Shown here in pieces: positions 26,130 to 35,364 of a stretch of 64,000 nucleotides of DNA. The notes beneath the pieces were generated by a model. It was not told the origin of the DNA. It ran no database searches and saw nothing but the letters and a program-made list of their open reading frames with translations. The translations under genes and the position numbers were made by a program. How positions within the stretch are numbered: the stretch's first letter is position 1; each line of letters starts with the position of its first letter. This stretch comes from Clostridia bacterium (GTDB lineage: Bacteria > Bacillota > Clostridia > Oscillospirales > CAG-272). The stretch spans positions 23,456-87,455 of the forward strand of contig JAFVRQ010000051.1 of the NCBI GenBank assembly GCA_017504245.1, written 5' to 3'.

Positions 26130-28718
26130 ATGAAAAAGAAGCTTACTATTGGAATTCTTGCTCACGTTGATGCTGGAAAAACCACACTTTCCGAGGCATT
26201 GCTCTATATTTCGGGCAAGATAAGAACGCTTGGGCGCGTTGACCACAAGAACACCTTTCTTGATACGAATGCCATTGAGCGCGAGCGCGGTATTACTATT
26301 TTTTCAAAGCAAGCGCGTTTTTCAACTAAAAACTGCGATTTTATTCTCCTTGATACACCGGGGCACGTTGATTTTTCGGCGGAAACTGAAAGAGTACTTT
26401 CACTTCTTGATTATGCAATTTTGGTTATCAGCGCTGCGGATGGAGTGCAAAATCACACGCGCACGCTCTGGAATTTACTTGAATACTATAATGTTCCTAC
26501 CTTTATTTTCGTTAACAAAAGTGATATTGCTATAAAAACTAAGGACGAGCAAGAGGCGGAGATTGCTTCAATTCTATCTCATAATTGTGTTGCGTTTTTC
26601 GATACTCAATCAAAGCGCGAGCTTGATGAAAAATTGGCGCTTGTTAATGAGGCCTTTTTAGAGGATTTTCTCTCGGAAACGCCTATTGAAGATGCCGAAA
26701 TTGCAGAACTGATTTCCGAGAGAGCTTTGTTTCCAATCGTTTTTGGATCTGCGCTCAGAATGTCCGGAATTGATTTTTTGCTTGAAGTTATAGATAAATA
26801 TTCCCTTTCTCCGGTTTATGAAAATGATAAATTTGGCGCAAAGGTTTATAAAATCTCGCGCGCGGGCAACACTCGTCTATCTTATATGAAGATTACGGGC
26901 GGTACTCTTTCTGCGCGTGATGAGATTTCGTATCTTACGTCGGACGGAAAAAGAGTTGTTGAAAAGATAAGTCAGATACGTCTTTATTCGGGTGATAAAT
27001 TTGAGCAGGTCGAAAGTGCCATTGCAGGTGAGATTTGCGCGGTAATCGGGCTTTCATCCACCTATGCAGGTCAGGGTCTTGGTTTGGAGTGTGACTCCTG
27101 CAAGCCCGTTCTTGAGCCCGTATTATCATATAGAATAATTCTGCCCGAGGGGTGCGATCCTAATTTGTATTTTCCAAAATTTAAGGAGCTTGAGGAGGAG
27201 GAGCCGTCTCTCCACCTTTATTGGAGCTCTGAGCTTTCGCAGATTGAAGCGCGTCTTATGGGTGAGATACAAATCGACCTTTTGAAACGATTGATTTTTG
27301 ACAGATTTAATATTGAATGTCAGTTTGGCGCAGGTAATATTTTATACAAGGAAAAAATCAAATCAAAAGCCATTGGTATAGGTCATTTTGAGCCGCTTCG
27401 CCATTACGCAGAGGTGCAGCTTTTACTTGAACCGCAGCCAAAGGGTACGGGGTTAATTTTTGACACTAAAATACCTGAAAATATGCTTGCAATAAATTGG
27501 CAACGTCTTATTTTGTCACATTTATACGAGAAAAACCACCGCGGTGTGCTTACGGGCGCATTGCTCACCGATACTAAGATTACTCTTGTGGCAGGAAAAT
27601 CACACCTGAAGCATACTGAGGGCGGAGATTTCCGCGAGGCGACCTTGCGTGCGGTACGTCACGGGCTTATGGTTGGCGGTTGTACTCTACTTGAGCCGTA
27701 TTATAAATTCAGATTGGAAATTCCCTCTTCGCTTGTTGGCAGAGCGATGAACGATCTGCAACTGAGGATCGCGGAATTTGAAATTGAAAGCACCACCGAG
27801 GATTTTGCGAACATCACAGGTCGAGCCCCCGTTTCAACGCTTCACGATTACGTGGGTGAGGTGATTTCATATACGCGCGGAATTGGTCGATTGACTTGCG
27901 TGAGTGACGGATATGACGAGTGCCACAATCAAGAGGAAATTGTTGCAAAAACGGGATATGACCCCGAGGGTGATATGGAAAATTCGCCACACTCGGTTTT
28001 CTGCTCACACGGAGCAGGTATTGTGATAAATTGGCGCGAGGTGGAACAGCACAAGCATCTTGATGCAGGTATTTCACTTACTCAAAACGATGTTGCGGTT
28101 ATTCCGAGGGTATCTTCCCTTGCTAAAAAATTTTCCTTGACGGACGAAGAAGTCGAGGCGATTATGACGCGCGCATTCGGTCCGATAAGACGCAAGAAAT
28201 ACAGTGAGCCGAAGGTGATTTCGGCAGGCAAATCAAAGCCGAATAAAAAGGCGTTAATAAAGCAAGAAAGTATGATTATAATTGACGGATATAATCTTAT
28301 CTATGCTTGGGACACTTTAATTGAAATTGCCGATTATTCGCTTGAAAAGGCTCGTGAAACGTTGATGGATATTTTGTCAAATTACGTTGCATTTACAAAG
28401 GAAAGCTTAGTGCTCGTTTTTGATGCTTATCTTGTTAACGAGGGAGTGGGCTCGGAATTTCAGCGCGATGGCTACAAGGTAGTTTTCACAAAGGAAAATC
28501 AAACGGCAGACGCCTATATTGAACGAATGATGCACGAGCTTGGTCCTAACTACAAAATCAGAGTTGTTACGGGTGATAGGCTCGTTCAGTTCGCGGCAGT
28601 TCATTCGGGCATATCTCGAATGACCGTTAAGGAGTTCGTTGACGAGCTTATCACGGTTGGGAATGAGATTAATGATTTTGTGAAGAAGTTAACGGAAAAA
28701 CAAGAATTTATAAAATAA
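26130..28718 (+). CDS. Tet(M)/EF-G-type translational GTPase fused to a C-terminal YacP/Rae1-like NYN ribonuclease domain
   Basis: G1 AHVDAGKTT, G3 DTPGH, G4 NKSD, and TetM-like colinearity to about aa 640. Residues ~715-862 read IIIDGYNLIYAW / VLVFDAYLV / VVFTKENQTADAYIER / IRVVTGD, matching B. subtilis YacP blocks. Confidence 0.85.
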   Translation: MKKKLTIGILAHVDAGKTTLSEALLYISGKIRTLGRVDHKNTFLDTNAIERERGITIFSKQARFSTKNCDFILLDTPGHVDFSAETERVLSLLDYAILVISAADGVQNHTRTLWNLLEYYNVPTFIFVNKSDIAIKTKDEQEAEIASILSHNCVAFFDTQSKRELDEKLALVNEAFLEDFLSETPIEDAEIAELISERALFPIVFGSALRMSGIDFLLEVIDKYSLSPVYENDKFGAKVYKISRAGNTRLSYMKITGGTLSARDEISYLTSDGKRVVEKISQIRLYSGDKFEQVESAIAGEICAVIGLSSTYAGQGLGLECDSCKPVLEPVLSYRIILPEGCDPNLYFPKFKELEEEEPSLHLYWSSELSQIEARLMGEIQIDLLKRLIFDRFNIECQFGAGNILYKEKIKSKAIGIGHFEPLRHYAEVQLLLEPQPKGTGLIFDTKIPENMLAINWQRLILSHLYEKNHRGVLTGALLTDTKITLVAGKSHLKHTEGGDFREATLRAVRHGLMVGGCTLLEPYYKFRLEIPSSLVGRAMNDLQLRIAEFEIESTTEDFANITGRAPVSTLHDYVGEVISYTRGIGRLTCVSDGYDECHNQEEIVAKTGYDPEGDMENSPHSVFCSHGAGIVINWREVEQHKHLDAGISLTQNDVAVIPRVSSLAKKFSLTDEEVEAIMTRAFGPIRRKKYSEPKVISAGKSKPNKKALIKQESMIIIDGYNLIYAWDTLIEIADYSLEKARETLMDILSNYVAFTKESLVLVFDAYLVNEGVGSEFQRDGYKVVFTKENQTADAYIERMMHELGPNYKIRVVTGDRLVQFAAVHSGISRMTVKEFVDELITVGNEINDFVKKLTEKQEFIK

Positions 28719-28747
28719 CCTGCGGATTTTCTTCCGCAGGTCTTTTT
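28718..28747. terminator. Bidirectional rho-independent terminator
   Basis: ACCTGCGGA-TTTTCTT-CCGCAGGT followed by CTTTTT. Confidence 0.7.
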
Positions 28748-29423
28748 ATTGCTTTAAGGTTTTAAGATATGCCTTTTTATCCTCACTTACACGATAGCTT
28801 TCGAGCGCTTTTTGGATAGCTTTATTATGAGTCCATTTGTCTTTGATGTGTCGATTTTCGATATACGGGAGGGTTGCCTTGTATTGCTTTGCAAGAGCAG
28901 TTGCAAAATACCAAGCGACCATCATTTTTAAGTAGTAATCGCCGCCATTAACGTTAGCTACGAGGTCAAGGTATTCTGCTTTAAAATCATCATTTAGATA
29001 ATGCACCATCAACATTTCAATGGCGAAGCGTTGCGTATAAATATGCTCGCCTTTAAGCCACTTTTTTATGTAAATGAGCACTTTTTCCTTATTCTTAACA
29101 AAGCATTTTGGGCGGAGCGAATCACAAACCGACCAGTTATCAATATGGGGTAAGAGCTTATCTAATTCATTGATGAATACTTCAAAATCTTTAATTTCTG
29201 AAATTATATAACAATGGAGATGATATTCCTCAAAATATGTGTGAGGTAATGTGGAAATAAAGCTTACATATTCCCCATTTTTGTAAAGCTCCTTAGCAAG
29301 CTTTTTGACTTGTGGCAATCTCACGCCAATCATACTATCGGGTGAGATATTAGGTATTAACCTTGATGTAAAATCGCGGTATTTTATATCCTGCATTTCA
29401 TAGAGCTTACCTATAATATCCAT
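28746..29423 (-). CDS. DNA alkylation repair protein (AlkD-like HEAT-repeat)
   Basis: KYRDFTSRLIPNISPDSMIGVRLPQVKKLAKEL and the W..NKAIQKALES pattern are typical of the DNA_alkylation family. Confidence 0.8.
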   Translation of the reverse strand: MDIIGKLYEMQDIKYRDFTSRLIPNISPDSMIGVRLPQVKKLAKELYKNGEYVSFISTLPHTYFEEYHLHCYIISEIKDFEVFINELDKLLPHIDNWSVCDSLRPKCFVKNKEKVLIYIKKWLKGEHIYTQRFAIEMLMVHYLNDDFKAEYLDLVANVNGGDYYLKMMVAWYFATALAKQYKATLPYIENRHIKDKWTHNKAIQKALESYRVSEDKKAYLKTLKQ

Positions 29424-29432
29424 AATCTCTCC

Positions 29433-29960
29433 TTAAATGTCCTTAACAAGCTTTTTTAACGTAACGCTTACGGGATAAATTAAAAGTCCGACGGCAAAAT
29501 TACCAACCATATGAATTATATCAAACGTCAGTCCTGCGGCAATCCAAGCGAGTGTTTGCTCAAAGGTAAAATGAAACATCAATGCCTGAACGGGTGCGTA
29601 GAGTGCACCAAAGAAAAGTCCGTGCAGAGCGCACACTATCGGGTAAACTACAACTGCTACCGCCTTTGGCATATTTTTTGGCAGGAGCATCGTTACTCCC
29701 CATAAAATTGTCCAAATATAGAGATACGGCAACCACCACGCATTAAAGCCCGCGTAAAGTCCGTTAAGCAAAACGTAAACGTATATCGGTATCAATGCTT
29801 TTTTGCGAAATACTATCGTATAGGTCACGGTCAACATTCCGAGCAGGTGAATGTTTGGGAGCGCTTCCATTACGATTTTTGATATGAACATCAAAGCGCC
29901 AAGTATTGCAAAAAGACATATTTCTTTTATTGAAAGCTTCGTTCTGTTTTGCCTAATCAT
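29433..29960 (-). CDS. ECF-type transporter substrate-specific (S) component, putatively cobalamin-related
   Basis: 175 aa, about 5-6 TM helices, S-component-like N-terminus (LSIKEICLFAILGALMFISK). Lies 2 nt after the DUF4430 gene and is co-transcribed behind a B12-riboswitch-like leader. Confidence 0.55.
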   Translation of the reverse strand: MIRQNRTKLSIKEICLFAILGALMFISKIVMEALPNIHLLGMLTVTYTIVFRKKALIPIYVYVLLNGLYAGFNAWWLPYLYIWTILWGVTMLLPKNMPKAVAVVVYPIVCALHGLFFGALYAPVQALMFHFTFEQTLAWIAAGLTFDIIHMVGNFAVGLLIYPVSVTLKKLVKDI

Positions 29961-29962
29961 AA

Positions 29963-30430
29963 TTATTTAGCGCGAACGAATGAATAATTCTGACCCTCTG
30001 TGATGGCAGTAGTATCAACTCCGCTCATCGCATACTCGCCATTTTCGTAGAATGCCCAATAGGTTCCGTCAACGTCGTAATCAGCTAAAATACCGTTTAC
30101 CGTCTTAACGTAAAGACCGTATTGGCTATCCTCGCCTGCGATAAGCTCAAGAGCGAGAAGCGCCGCGCCAACTGTTTCTGCATCGGTGTGAATAGTAAAG
30201 GTTATAGCATATCCCTCTGCATCTACCTTGAATAAAAAGGTTTTACTTCCCTCGCCAAGCTCAGTATCCTTTGTGTAGGTAGCATTTTCCCAGATTTCAG
30301 GTACTTGACCTTCTTCTTCGGCAACAAAGCTTGTGGTTGTTGTTTGCTTAAAGAGGTCGCAGGAGCAAAGTGTTATCATCATTACGATGACGAGAATTAA
30401 AGCTAATTTGGTTGTAATAGTGTTTTTCAT
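29963..30430 (-). CDS. DUF4430 (transcobalamin beta-domain-like) lipoprotein
   Basis: Lipobox ITLCSC. The C-terminal TVGAALLALE...YGLYVKTVNGILADYDVDGTYWAFYENGEYAMSGVD...EGQNYSF matches the DUF4430 pattern. Confidence 0.75.
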   Translation of the reverse strand: MKNTITTKLALILVIVMMITLCSCDLFKQTTTTSFVAEEEGQVPEIWENATYTKDTELGEGSKTFLFKVDAEGYAITFTIHTDAETVGAALLALELIAGEDSQYGLYVKTVNGILADYDVDGTYWAFYENGEYAMSGVDTTAITEGQNYSFVRAK

Positions 30431-30459
30431 TTTGTTTTTCTTCCTTTCTTTTTCAAAAG

Positions 30460-30715
30460 GATAAAATAAAAGCGCCCTTTCCTAAGAAAAACGCGCGAAA
30501 ACAAGAGCACCCTGCTCTGTGCTTGATTTTACACCGTCTTCCCTATTTGCCCGAAAGTCCTTTTACGTGTCACAGAACGATAAGCATTCCGACTTGTTAT
30601 CAAACGATAAGATACGGTAATGGCTGTTGCTACGGATTCTCACCGCGATTTCCTTATCCCCGAATAACTCCGTCCAGCAGAGCATCCGACTAAATGAACT
30701 GTGTTTATTCTTTTG
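30460..30715 (-). promoter_or_regulatory. Cobalamin riboswitch-like leader with terminator-type expression platform
   Basis: Minus-strand RNA contains GGAAAUCGCGGUGAGAAUCC (30634-30644 core) ...ACAGCC...AAGUCGGAAUGC (B12-box-like), with GAUAAG/CUUAUC pairing. A second AAUAGGGAAGACGGUGUAAAAUC lies at 30525-30546, followed by the AGAGCA-GGG-UGCUCU hairpin plus UGUUUU before the RBS. Confidence 0.6.
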
Positions 30716-30722
30716 TTGACAT

Positions 30723-30751
30723 ATTATAACATACTTTTCTTCAAATTTCAA
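30723..30751 (-). promoter_or_regulatory. Sigma-A promoter of the riboswitch-controlled operon
   Basis: Minus strand reads TTGAAA, 17 nt spacer, TATAAT. Confidence 0.55.
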
Positions 30752-30781
30752 TAGAAAATCCCTGCTTTTGCAGGGATTTTT
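30751..30781 (-). terminator. Rho-independent terminator of the GH3 gene
   Basis: AAAATCCCTGC-AAAA-GCAGGGATTTT followed by a T-rich tract on the minus strand. Confidence 0.75.
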
Positions 30782-30784
30782 CTG

Positions 30785-33214
30785 TTATTTGGGTAATTTT
30801 ACGCATCTTTCGCCCTTAACCATTCTTCCGATTGCACGGAATGGCTTATTGTTTGCTATGTCGAGAAGTGCGCAAGCCATATTGTGCGAGAGCATTCCTT
30901 CACTTGCATAGGACATTGAACGCAAGCTCATAGTTTTCATTATTTCACGTCCGAAATACGCGTTCTTAACGCGTGTTTCCTTATCGGGAGTTTCCTTGCT
31001 CTTTAGCTCGTGATTATAGATAACCTTGAATGCGAACATAATCGTATTATAAATGAATTTGCCGCCGCGAGTTTTGTATTCTCTTATGGGAGTGTTGAGG
31101 TCATAAGGTCTTTTTACAAGAGGCAACGGAATTTTTCTGCCTATAAGTCGGTCAAAATACATATCGGTCATCATAAGGAATTTTTCCTTGTCAACGGCAT
31201 AGAGCTTTGCGTATTTGGGATTTTCGGAAAGCTCTTCACCATCATTAATATCAAGAGCGCAGGAAAGCAATTCTGTGTTTACGTCGGAGCAAACCTTGAA
31301 ATTATATGTGCCGTTTTCAAGCGACCATTTTCCGTTAATGAAATATCTGAGGTTTTCTACGGGAATTGTTACGCAAGTCGTTTTCTCTTCGCCTGCTTCA
31401 AGGTGAACCTTTTCAAATCCGCGAAGCTCAAGCGCGGGCTTCACAACCTCCGTTTTCGGTCCTTCAACGAAGATTTCTACTACAGTTGAGCCATATACCT
31501 TACCAGCGTTCTTAATATCAACGTAAACGCTTACGATATCTCCGTCCTTTTCTATACGCATATTCTTATATTCAAAATCGGTATAAGAAAGTCCGTAGCC
31601 GAAGGGGTATTTTACGGGAACGTTGAAGCTCGAATAGTATCTATAACCAACGAAAATACTCTCTTTATATCTATCGTTTGTTGTGTAAGTAAACTCATCG
31701 TAGAAAGGTACATCAGTATATTTAAGAGGCCAAGTTTCGCATAATTTTCCCGATGGATTTGCTTTGCCGAAAAGAAGCTCGTAGGTCGCTTCTCCGCCCT
31801 CTTCACCCGGAAGATACATATTGAGAAACGCCATAACGTCACCGTCAAAGGAAACCTCAACAGGACTTCCGCCGTACATTACGAAAACAATTCTCTTGTT
31901 TATTTTTGCAAGACGTTTTAAGAGATTCAACTGATTCTGCGGAAGTGACAAGGTTGTTCTGTCAAAGCCCTCACTCTCGGCATATTCTGAAAGTCCGCCA
32001 AAGAATAAAATCGTATCCGCGTGCTCCGCTTTCAGTGCAGACTGTTCGATAAGCGCCAAATCGTCATCATATGAATTGAGATTATATCCCTTTTCATAGG
32101 TATATTTAATTCCGTGATTTTCGAAGGCATCCTTAGGAGTTGTGAGCTTATAGGGATGAAGGAGCGACGAGCCCGCGCCCTGATATCTCATTTTTTCAAA
32201 CATTTCACCGATTACAAGATAATGAATATCGTCTTGCAAAGGCAAAATTCCGGCGTCATTTTTTAGAAGCACCGCGCTATCAATACTCAGATATTTTGCA
32301 AGAATTGCGTGCTCCTCAAATTTTTGAGGCACGTCCCCCTCCGCCATAGTGGTGTTATTAATCATATTGAGAACTCTGCGAACCGCAGTATTAAGCTCGT
32401 CCTCTGTAAGCTTTTTATTCTTTATGGCATTGAGAAGCATCTGACGGTTGTGCCCGATGTCACCCGGCATTTCAAGGTCAAGCCCTGCCTTAAGTCCCTT
32501 AACTCTGTCATTCACCGCGCCCCAGTCCGACATAACGAGCCCATCAAAGCCCCATTCATCGCGGAGTATCTTGTTTAAAAGCTCATCATTTTCACTTGCA
32601 TATTCGCCGTTAATCTTATTATAGGCGCACATAACGGTTTGCGGCTTGCCCTCTTTAATTATCGGCTCAAACGCTTTGAGATAGATTTCTCTAAAGGCGC
32701 GCTCGTCAACTATTGAATCTCCGAAATAACGGTTTTTCTCGTTGTTGTTACAAGCGAAGTGCTTAACGCTCGTTCCAACTCCCATATCCTCAATTCCGCG
32801 CGTCAACTTTGTGCCAAGAGTACCTGCAATAAGAGGATCCTCACTGAAATATTCAAAGTTTCTTCCGCAAAGTGGATTTCTTTTGATATTAACAGCAGGT
32901 CCTAAAATGAGATTTACGCTATAATGGCGGCATTCTTCACCCATTGCCACTCCCATTTTATAAAGAAGCTCCTTATTCCAAGAGCTGCCAGTGGTGCAAG
33001 CGGTGGGAAAGCAGGTAGAAAGCTCGGTTTGACCGAGTCCTGCGGTTTTGTCGCACTCCTTTTTCTTGCGCAAGCCGTGTGGACCGTCCGTTAAGAAAAT
33101 AGAAGGTAGTCCGACTCTCGTGACCATATTGGTGTGCCAGGATTTATGACCTGATAAAAGACAAACCTTTTCCTCAAGCGTTAAGTTTTGCATAATTTCT
33201 TCAACGTTAATCAT
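30785..33214 (-). CDS. Glycoside hydrolase family 3 (beta-glucosidase, BglX-like)
   Basis: DGPHGLRK, KHFACNN, and GLVMSDWGAV (nucleophile Asp motif). Start set at MINVEEIMQNLTLEEK, which follows GGAGG. Confidence 0.9.
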   Translation of the reverse strand: MINVEEIMQNLTLEEKVCLLSGHKSWHTNMVTRVGLPSIFLTDGPHGLRKKKECDKTAGLGQTELSTCFPTACTTGSSWNKELLYKMGVAMGEECRHYSVNLILGPAVNIKRNPLCGRNFEYFSEDPLIAGTLGTKLTRGIEDMGVGTSVKHFACNNNEKNRYFGDSIVDERAFREIYLKAFEPIIKEGKPQTVMCAYNKINGEYASENDELLNKILRDEWGFDGLVMSDWGAVNDRVKGLKAGLDLEMPGDIGHNRQMLLNAIKNKKLTEDELNTAVRRVLNMINNTTMAEGDVPQKFEEHAILAKYLSIDSAVLLKNDAGILPLQDDIHYLVIGEMFEKMRYQGAGSSLLHPYKLTTPKDAFENHGIKYTYEKGYNLNSYDDDLALIEQSALKAEHADTILFFGGLSEYAESEGFDRTTLSLPQNQLNLLKRLAKINKRIVFVMYGGSPVEVSFDGDVMAFLNMYLPGEEGGEATYELLFGKANPSGKLCETWPLKYTDVPFYDEFTYTTNDRYKESIFVGYRYYSSFNVPVKYPFGYGLSYTDFEYKNMRIEKDGDIVSVYVDIKNAGKVYGSTVVEIFVEGPKTEVVKPALELRGFEKVHLEAGEEKTTCVTIPVENLRYFINGKWSLENGTYNFKVCSDVNTELLSCALDINDGEELSENPKYAKLYAVDKEKFLMMTDMYFDRLIGRKIPLPLVKRPYDLNTPIREYKTRGGKFIYNTIMFAFKVIYNHELKSKETPDKETRVKNAYFGREIMKTMSLRSMSYASEGMLSHNMACALLDIANNKPFRAIGRMVKGERCVKLPK

Positions 33215-33642
33215 AAACAAGACCTCCGGATTGAAATTTATATACTCAATTATAACATCATAATGCGCTTTTGTCAATCAATGTGAATTAATTTATATTT
33301 CTTTGCTTTTTTGATATATTCAATCAAAAATTGTATCAATTTTCCATAAAAAATGCAGTAATTTGTGATATATGGCAATTGAAATTTCTCAAATAGATTT
33401 ATAGATTATTTAAGAAAACTGTAATTTTTGTGCATTGTGCATAAAATTTATGCTTATTTTTTTACATCGATAAGCACTTTTTTTAATCTATGTCAAAAAA
33501 ACCAAGATTAGTGTGACAACCTATCAAAAAAATCAAGGACAGTAACAGGGGTTTGTACTAAAATTATTACAAAGTGGATTAGTGTTGGAATTTTTTATTT
33601 TCATCCTTTTTTCACTAAAATGAAAAACACGGAAATTACCTA

Positions 33643-34239
33643 ATGAAACAGTTAACATTTAAACAGTACCGTCAAATTGATTTGACAATTCTTTGCTTAC
33701 TGACCGCGGTTTTTGAAGCAATCGCAACATATTCTTCAAATTATTGGTTGGTATTTCAGGCAATGACGATTTCAGTAACGTTAACGGTTACCTGCATCAC
33801 TATGGTGCGCTGGAACGGCTATGCTATAGCACCCGCACTCGTGGGTTCGTTCGTTTACTGCTTGGTTTCGGGGGCATCACCAAAGCAATTCTTTATTTAT
33901 TGCTTCGGAAGTGCTTTCTGCTTGTTTTCACTGCTTCTTTTCAAAAAGTTCAGAAAAGAAAATATTAATTCAAGCTTTGCAATAAGACTTGCCTTCGTTT
34001 TATCCACCTATTTGTTCATTGCCCTTGGCAGATGGATATGCTCTCTGCCCTTTGAGTTTAGCCTTGGTTCTATTCTCGCATTTATCTTCACCGACGTTCT
34101 TTCGCTCATCTTTGCAATTTTCGTTCTTACTCTTGCAAAAAATGCTGACGGGCTTATTGAAGACCAAAAATCATATTTGCTCCGACTGGAAAAGAAACGC
34201 CTTGAAGAGCAGGAAGCTAATTTAAACCACCGTTATTAA
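33643..34239 (+). CDS. Polytopic membrane protein of unknown function (first gene of the pectin locus)
   Basis: About 5-6 hydrophobic helices and a charged C-terminal tail (LRLEKKRLEEQEANL). Weak RBS. No recognised motif. Confidence 0.45.
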   Translation: MKQLTFKQYRQIDLTILCLLTAVFEAIATYSSNYWLVFQAMTISVTLTVTCITMVRWNGYAIAPALVGSFVYCLVSGASPKQFFIYCFGSAFCLFSLLLFKKFRKENINSSFAIRLAFVLSTYLFIALGRWICSLPFEFSLGSILAFIFTDVLSLIFAIFVLTLAKNADGLIEDQKSYLLRLEKKRLEEQEANLNHRY

Positions 34240-34279
34240 TCGCAAATCGACATTATTTTATACCGAATGGAGATTCATT

Positions 34280-35344
34280 ATGAAATTAAAAGCAGTTGAT
34301 TACCTCGTGTTAGACGAGAAAACAGGAAAATACAGAGAGGACCCCGAGCAGCTTGTTCGAGATGAAGTTGAGAAGCACCGTTGGAAGCACGTCGGCTTAA
34401 CAATCCTCAAGGATTGGCGTCTTTATCTAATGCTCGTTCCTATGCTCCTCGTATTCTTCTTTTGGAGATATATGCCAATGTATGAGCTACTTTCCTGCTT
34501 CAAGGTTTACGATGCAAACCTGCCCGTTGCGGATCAGCTCTATTCCGGCTTTAGTTATTTTAAGGAGCTTTTTGCGGGCGAAACACCTCTTTCGCAGGAG
34601 TTTTGGCGCGCCTTCCGTAACACGTTCGTAATTTCCTTCTACGGCTTGTGCTTCGGCTTCCCTATGCCCATCATCATCGCTCTTTTCTTTAATGAGATTA
34701 AATCAAATATTGCGCGAAGCGTTTATCAGGTGCTTACATACCTACCGAAATTCATTTCAACGGTTGTTATGACAACCCTTGTTTCACTTTTGGTTCGTCA
34801 GTCATCAAGCGCGGGCGCGGGAATACAAATGGGTATTATATCTCAATTGCTTTACAATCTCGGTATCATTACAGAGGAGGTTGGTAATGCGGGCTTGCTC
34901 AATAACCCCGATTTCTTCCGTCCCATCTATCAGATAACGGGTATTTGGGAAACTGCCGGCTATGACAGTATCGTATTCTTCGCGGCAATTATCGCCATCT
35001 CTCCCACAAGCTACGAGGCGGCGCAGATCGACGGCGCAAATAAATGGGCGCAGATGAGATATGTGGTTCTTCCGAGTATTCTCTCAACTATCGTTATTAT
35101 GCTTATCACAAGAATTGGTTCTCTTCTTAACGTTGGTTATGAAAAGGTTCTTCTTCTTTATAACGATAAAACATACGTTACTGCCGACGTTGTTTCAACG
35201 TTTGCTCAGCGTAACGGTCTTTCAAGCTCGTTCCTTATCGGTATTTCGAGTGCTGCTGAGATGTTAAACAACGTTGTTGGTATGCTCCTTGTAATCGGTG
35301 CTAACACCATTGCAAGAAAGGCATCGGACGTTTCACTCTATTAA
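34280..35344 (+). CDS. Carbohydrate ABC transporter permease (LplB/YtcP-type)
   Basis: Six TM helices with an EAA-loop region (YEAAQIDGANKWAQMRYVVLPS). Long N-terminal cytoplasmic extension. Confidence 0.85.
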   Translation: MKLKAVDYLVLDEKTGKYREDPEQLVRDEVEKHRWKHVGLTILKDWRLYLMLVPMLLVFFFWRYMPMYELLSCFKVYDANLPVADQLYSGFSYFKELFAGETPLSQEFWRAFRNTFVISFYGLCFGFPMPIIIALFFNEIKSNIARSVYQVLTYLPKFISTVVMTTLVSLLVRQSSSAGAGIQMGIISQLLYNLGIITEEVGNAGLLNNPDFFRPIYQITGIWETAGYDSIVFFAAIIAISPTSYEAAQIDGANKWAQMRYVVLPSILSTIVIMLITRIGSLLNVGYEKVLLLYNDKTYVTADVVSTFAQRNGLSSSFLIGISSAAEMLNNVVGMLLVIGANTIARKASDVSLY

Positions 35345-35364
35345 AGAAAGGTTGGTTTTGAAAA

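Noticed and set aside
26130-28050. Calling the GTPase a tetracycline-resistance ribosomal protection gene (tetM/tetO-like)
   Set aside because: Only family-level similarity can be judged by eye. The chromosomal, non-mobile context and the C-terminal NYN fusion argue against a classical tet determinant, so no resistance call is made.
30563-30751. 62-aa ORF on the minus strand
   Set aside because: Lies wholly inside the cobalamin-riboswitch-like leader and starts within the promoter. It is better explained as non-coding regulatory RNA.
33431-33490. Hairpin TGCTTAT...ATAAGCA plus T-run upstream of the pectin locus as a leader attenuator
   Set aside because: The stem is short (7 bp), AT-rich and has a 12-nt loop. 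With no mapped promoter upstream, it cannot be told apart from chance structure in AT-rich DNA.
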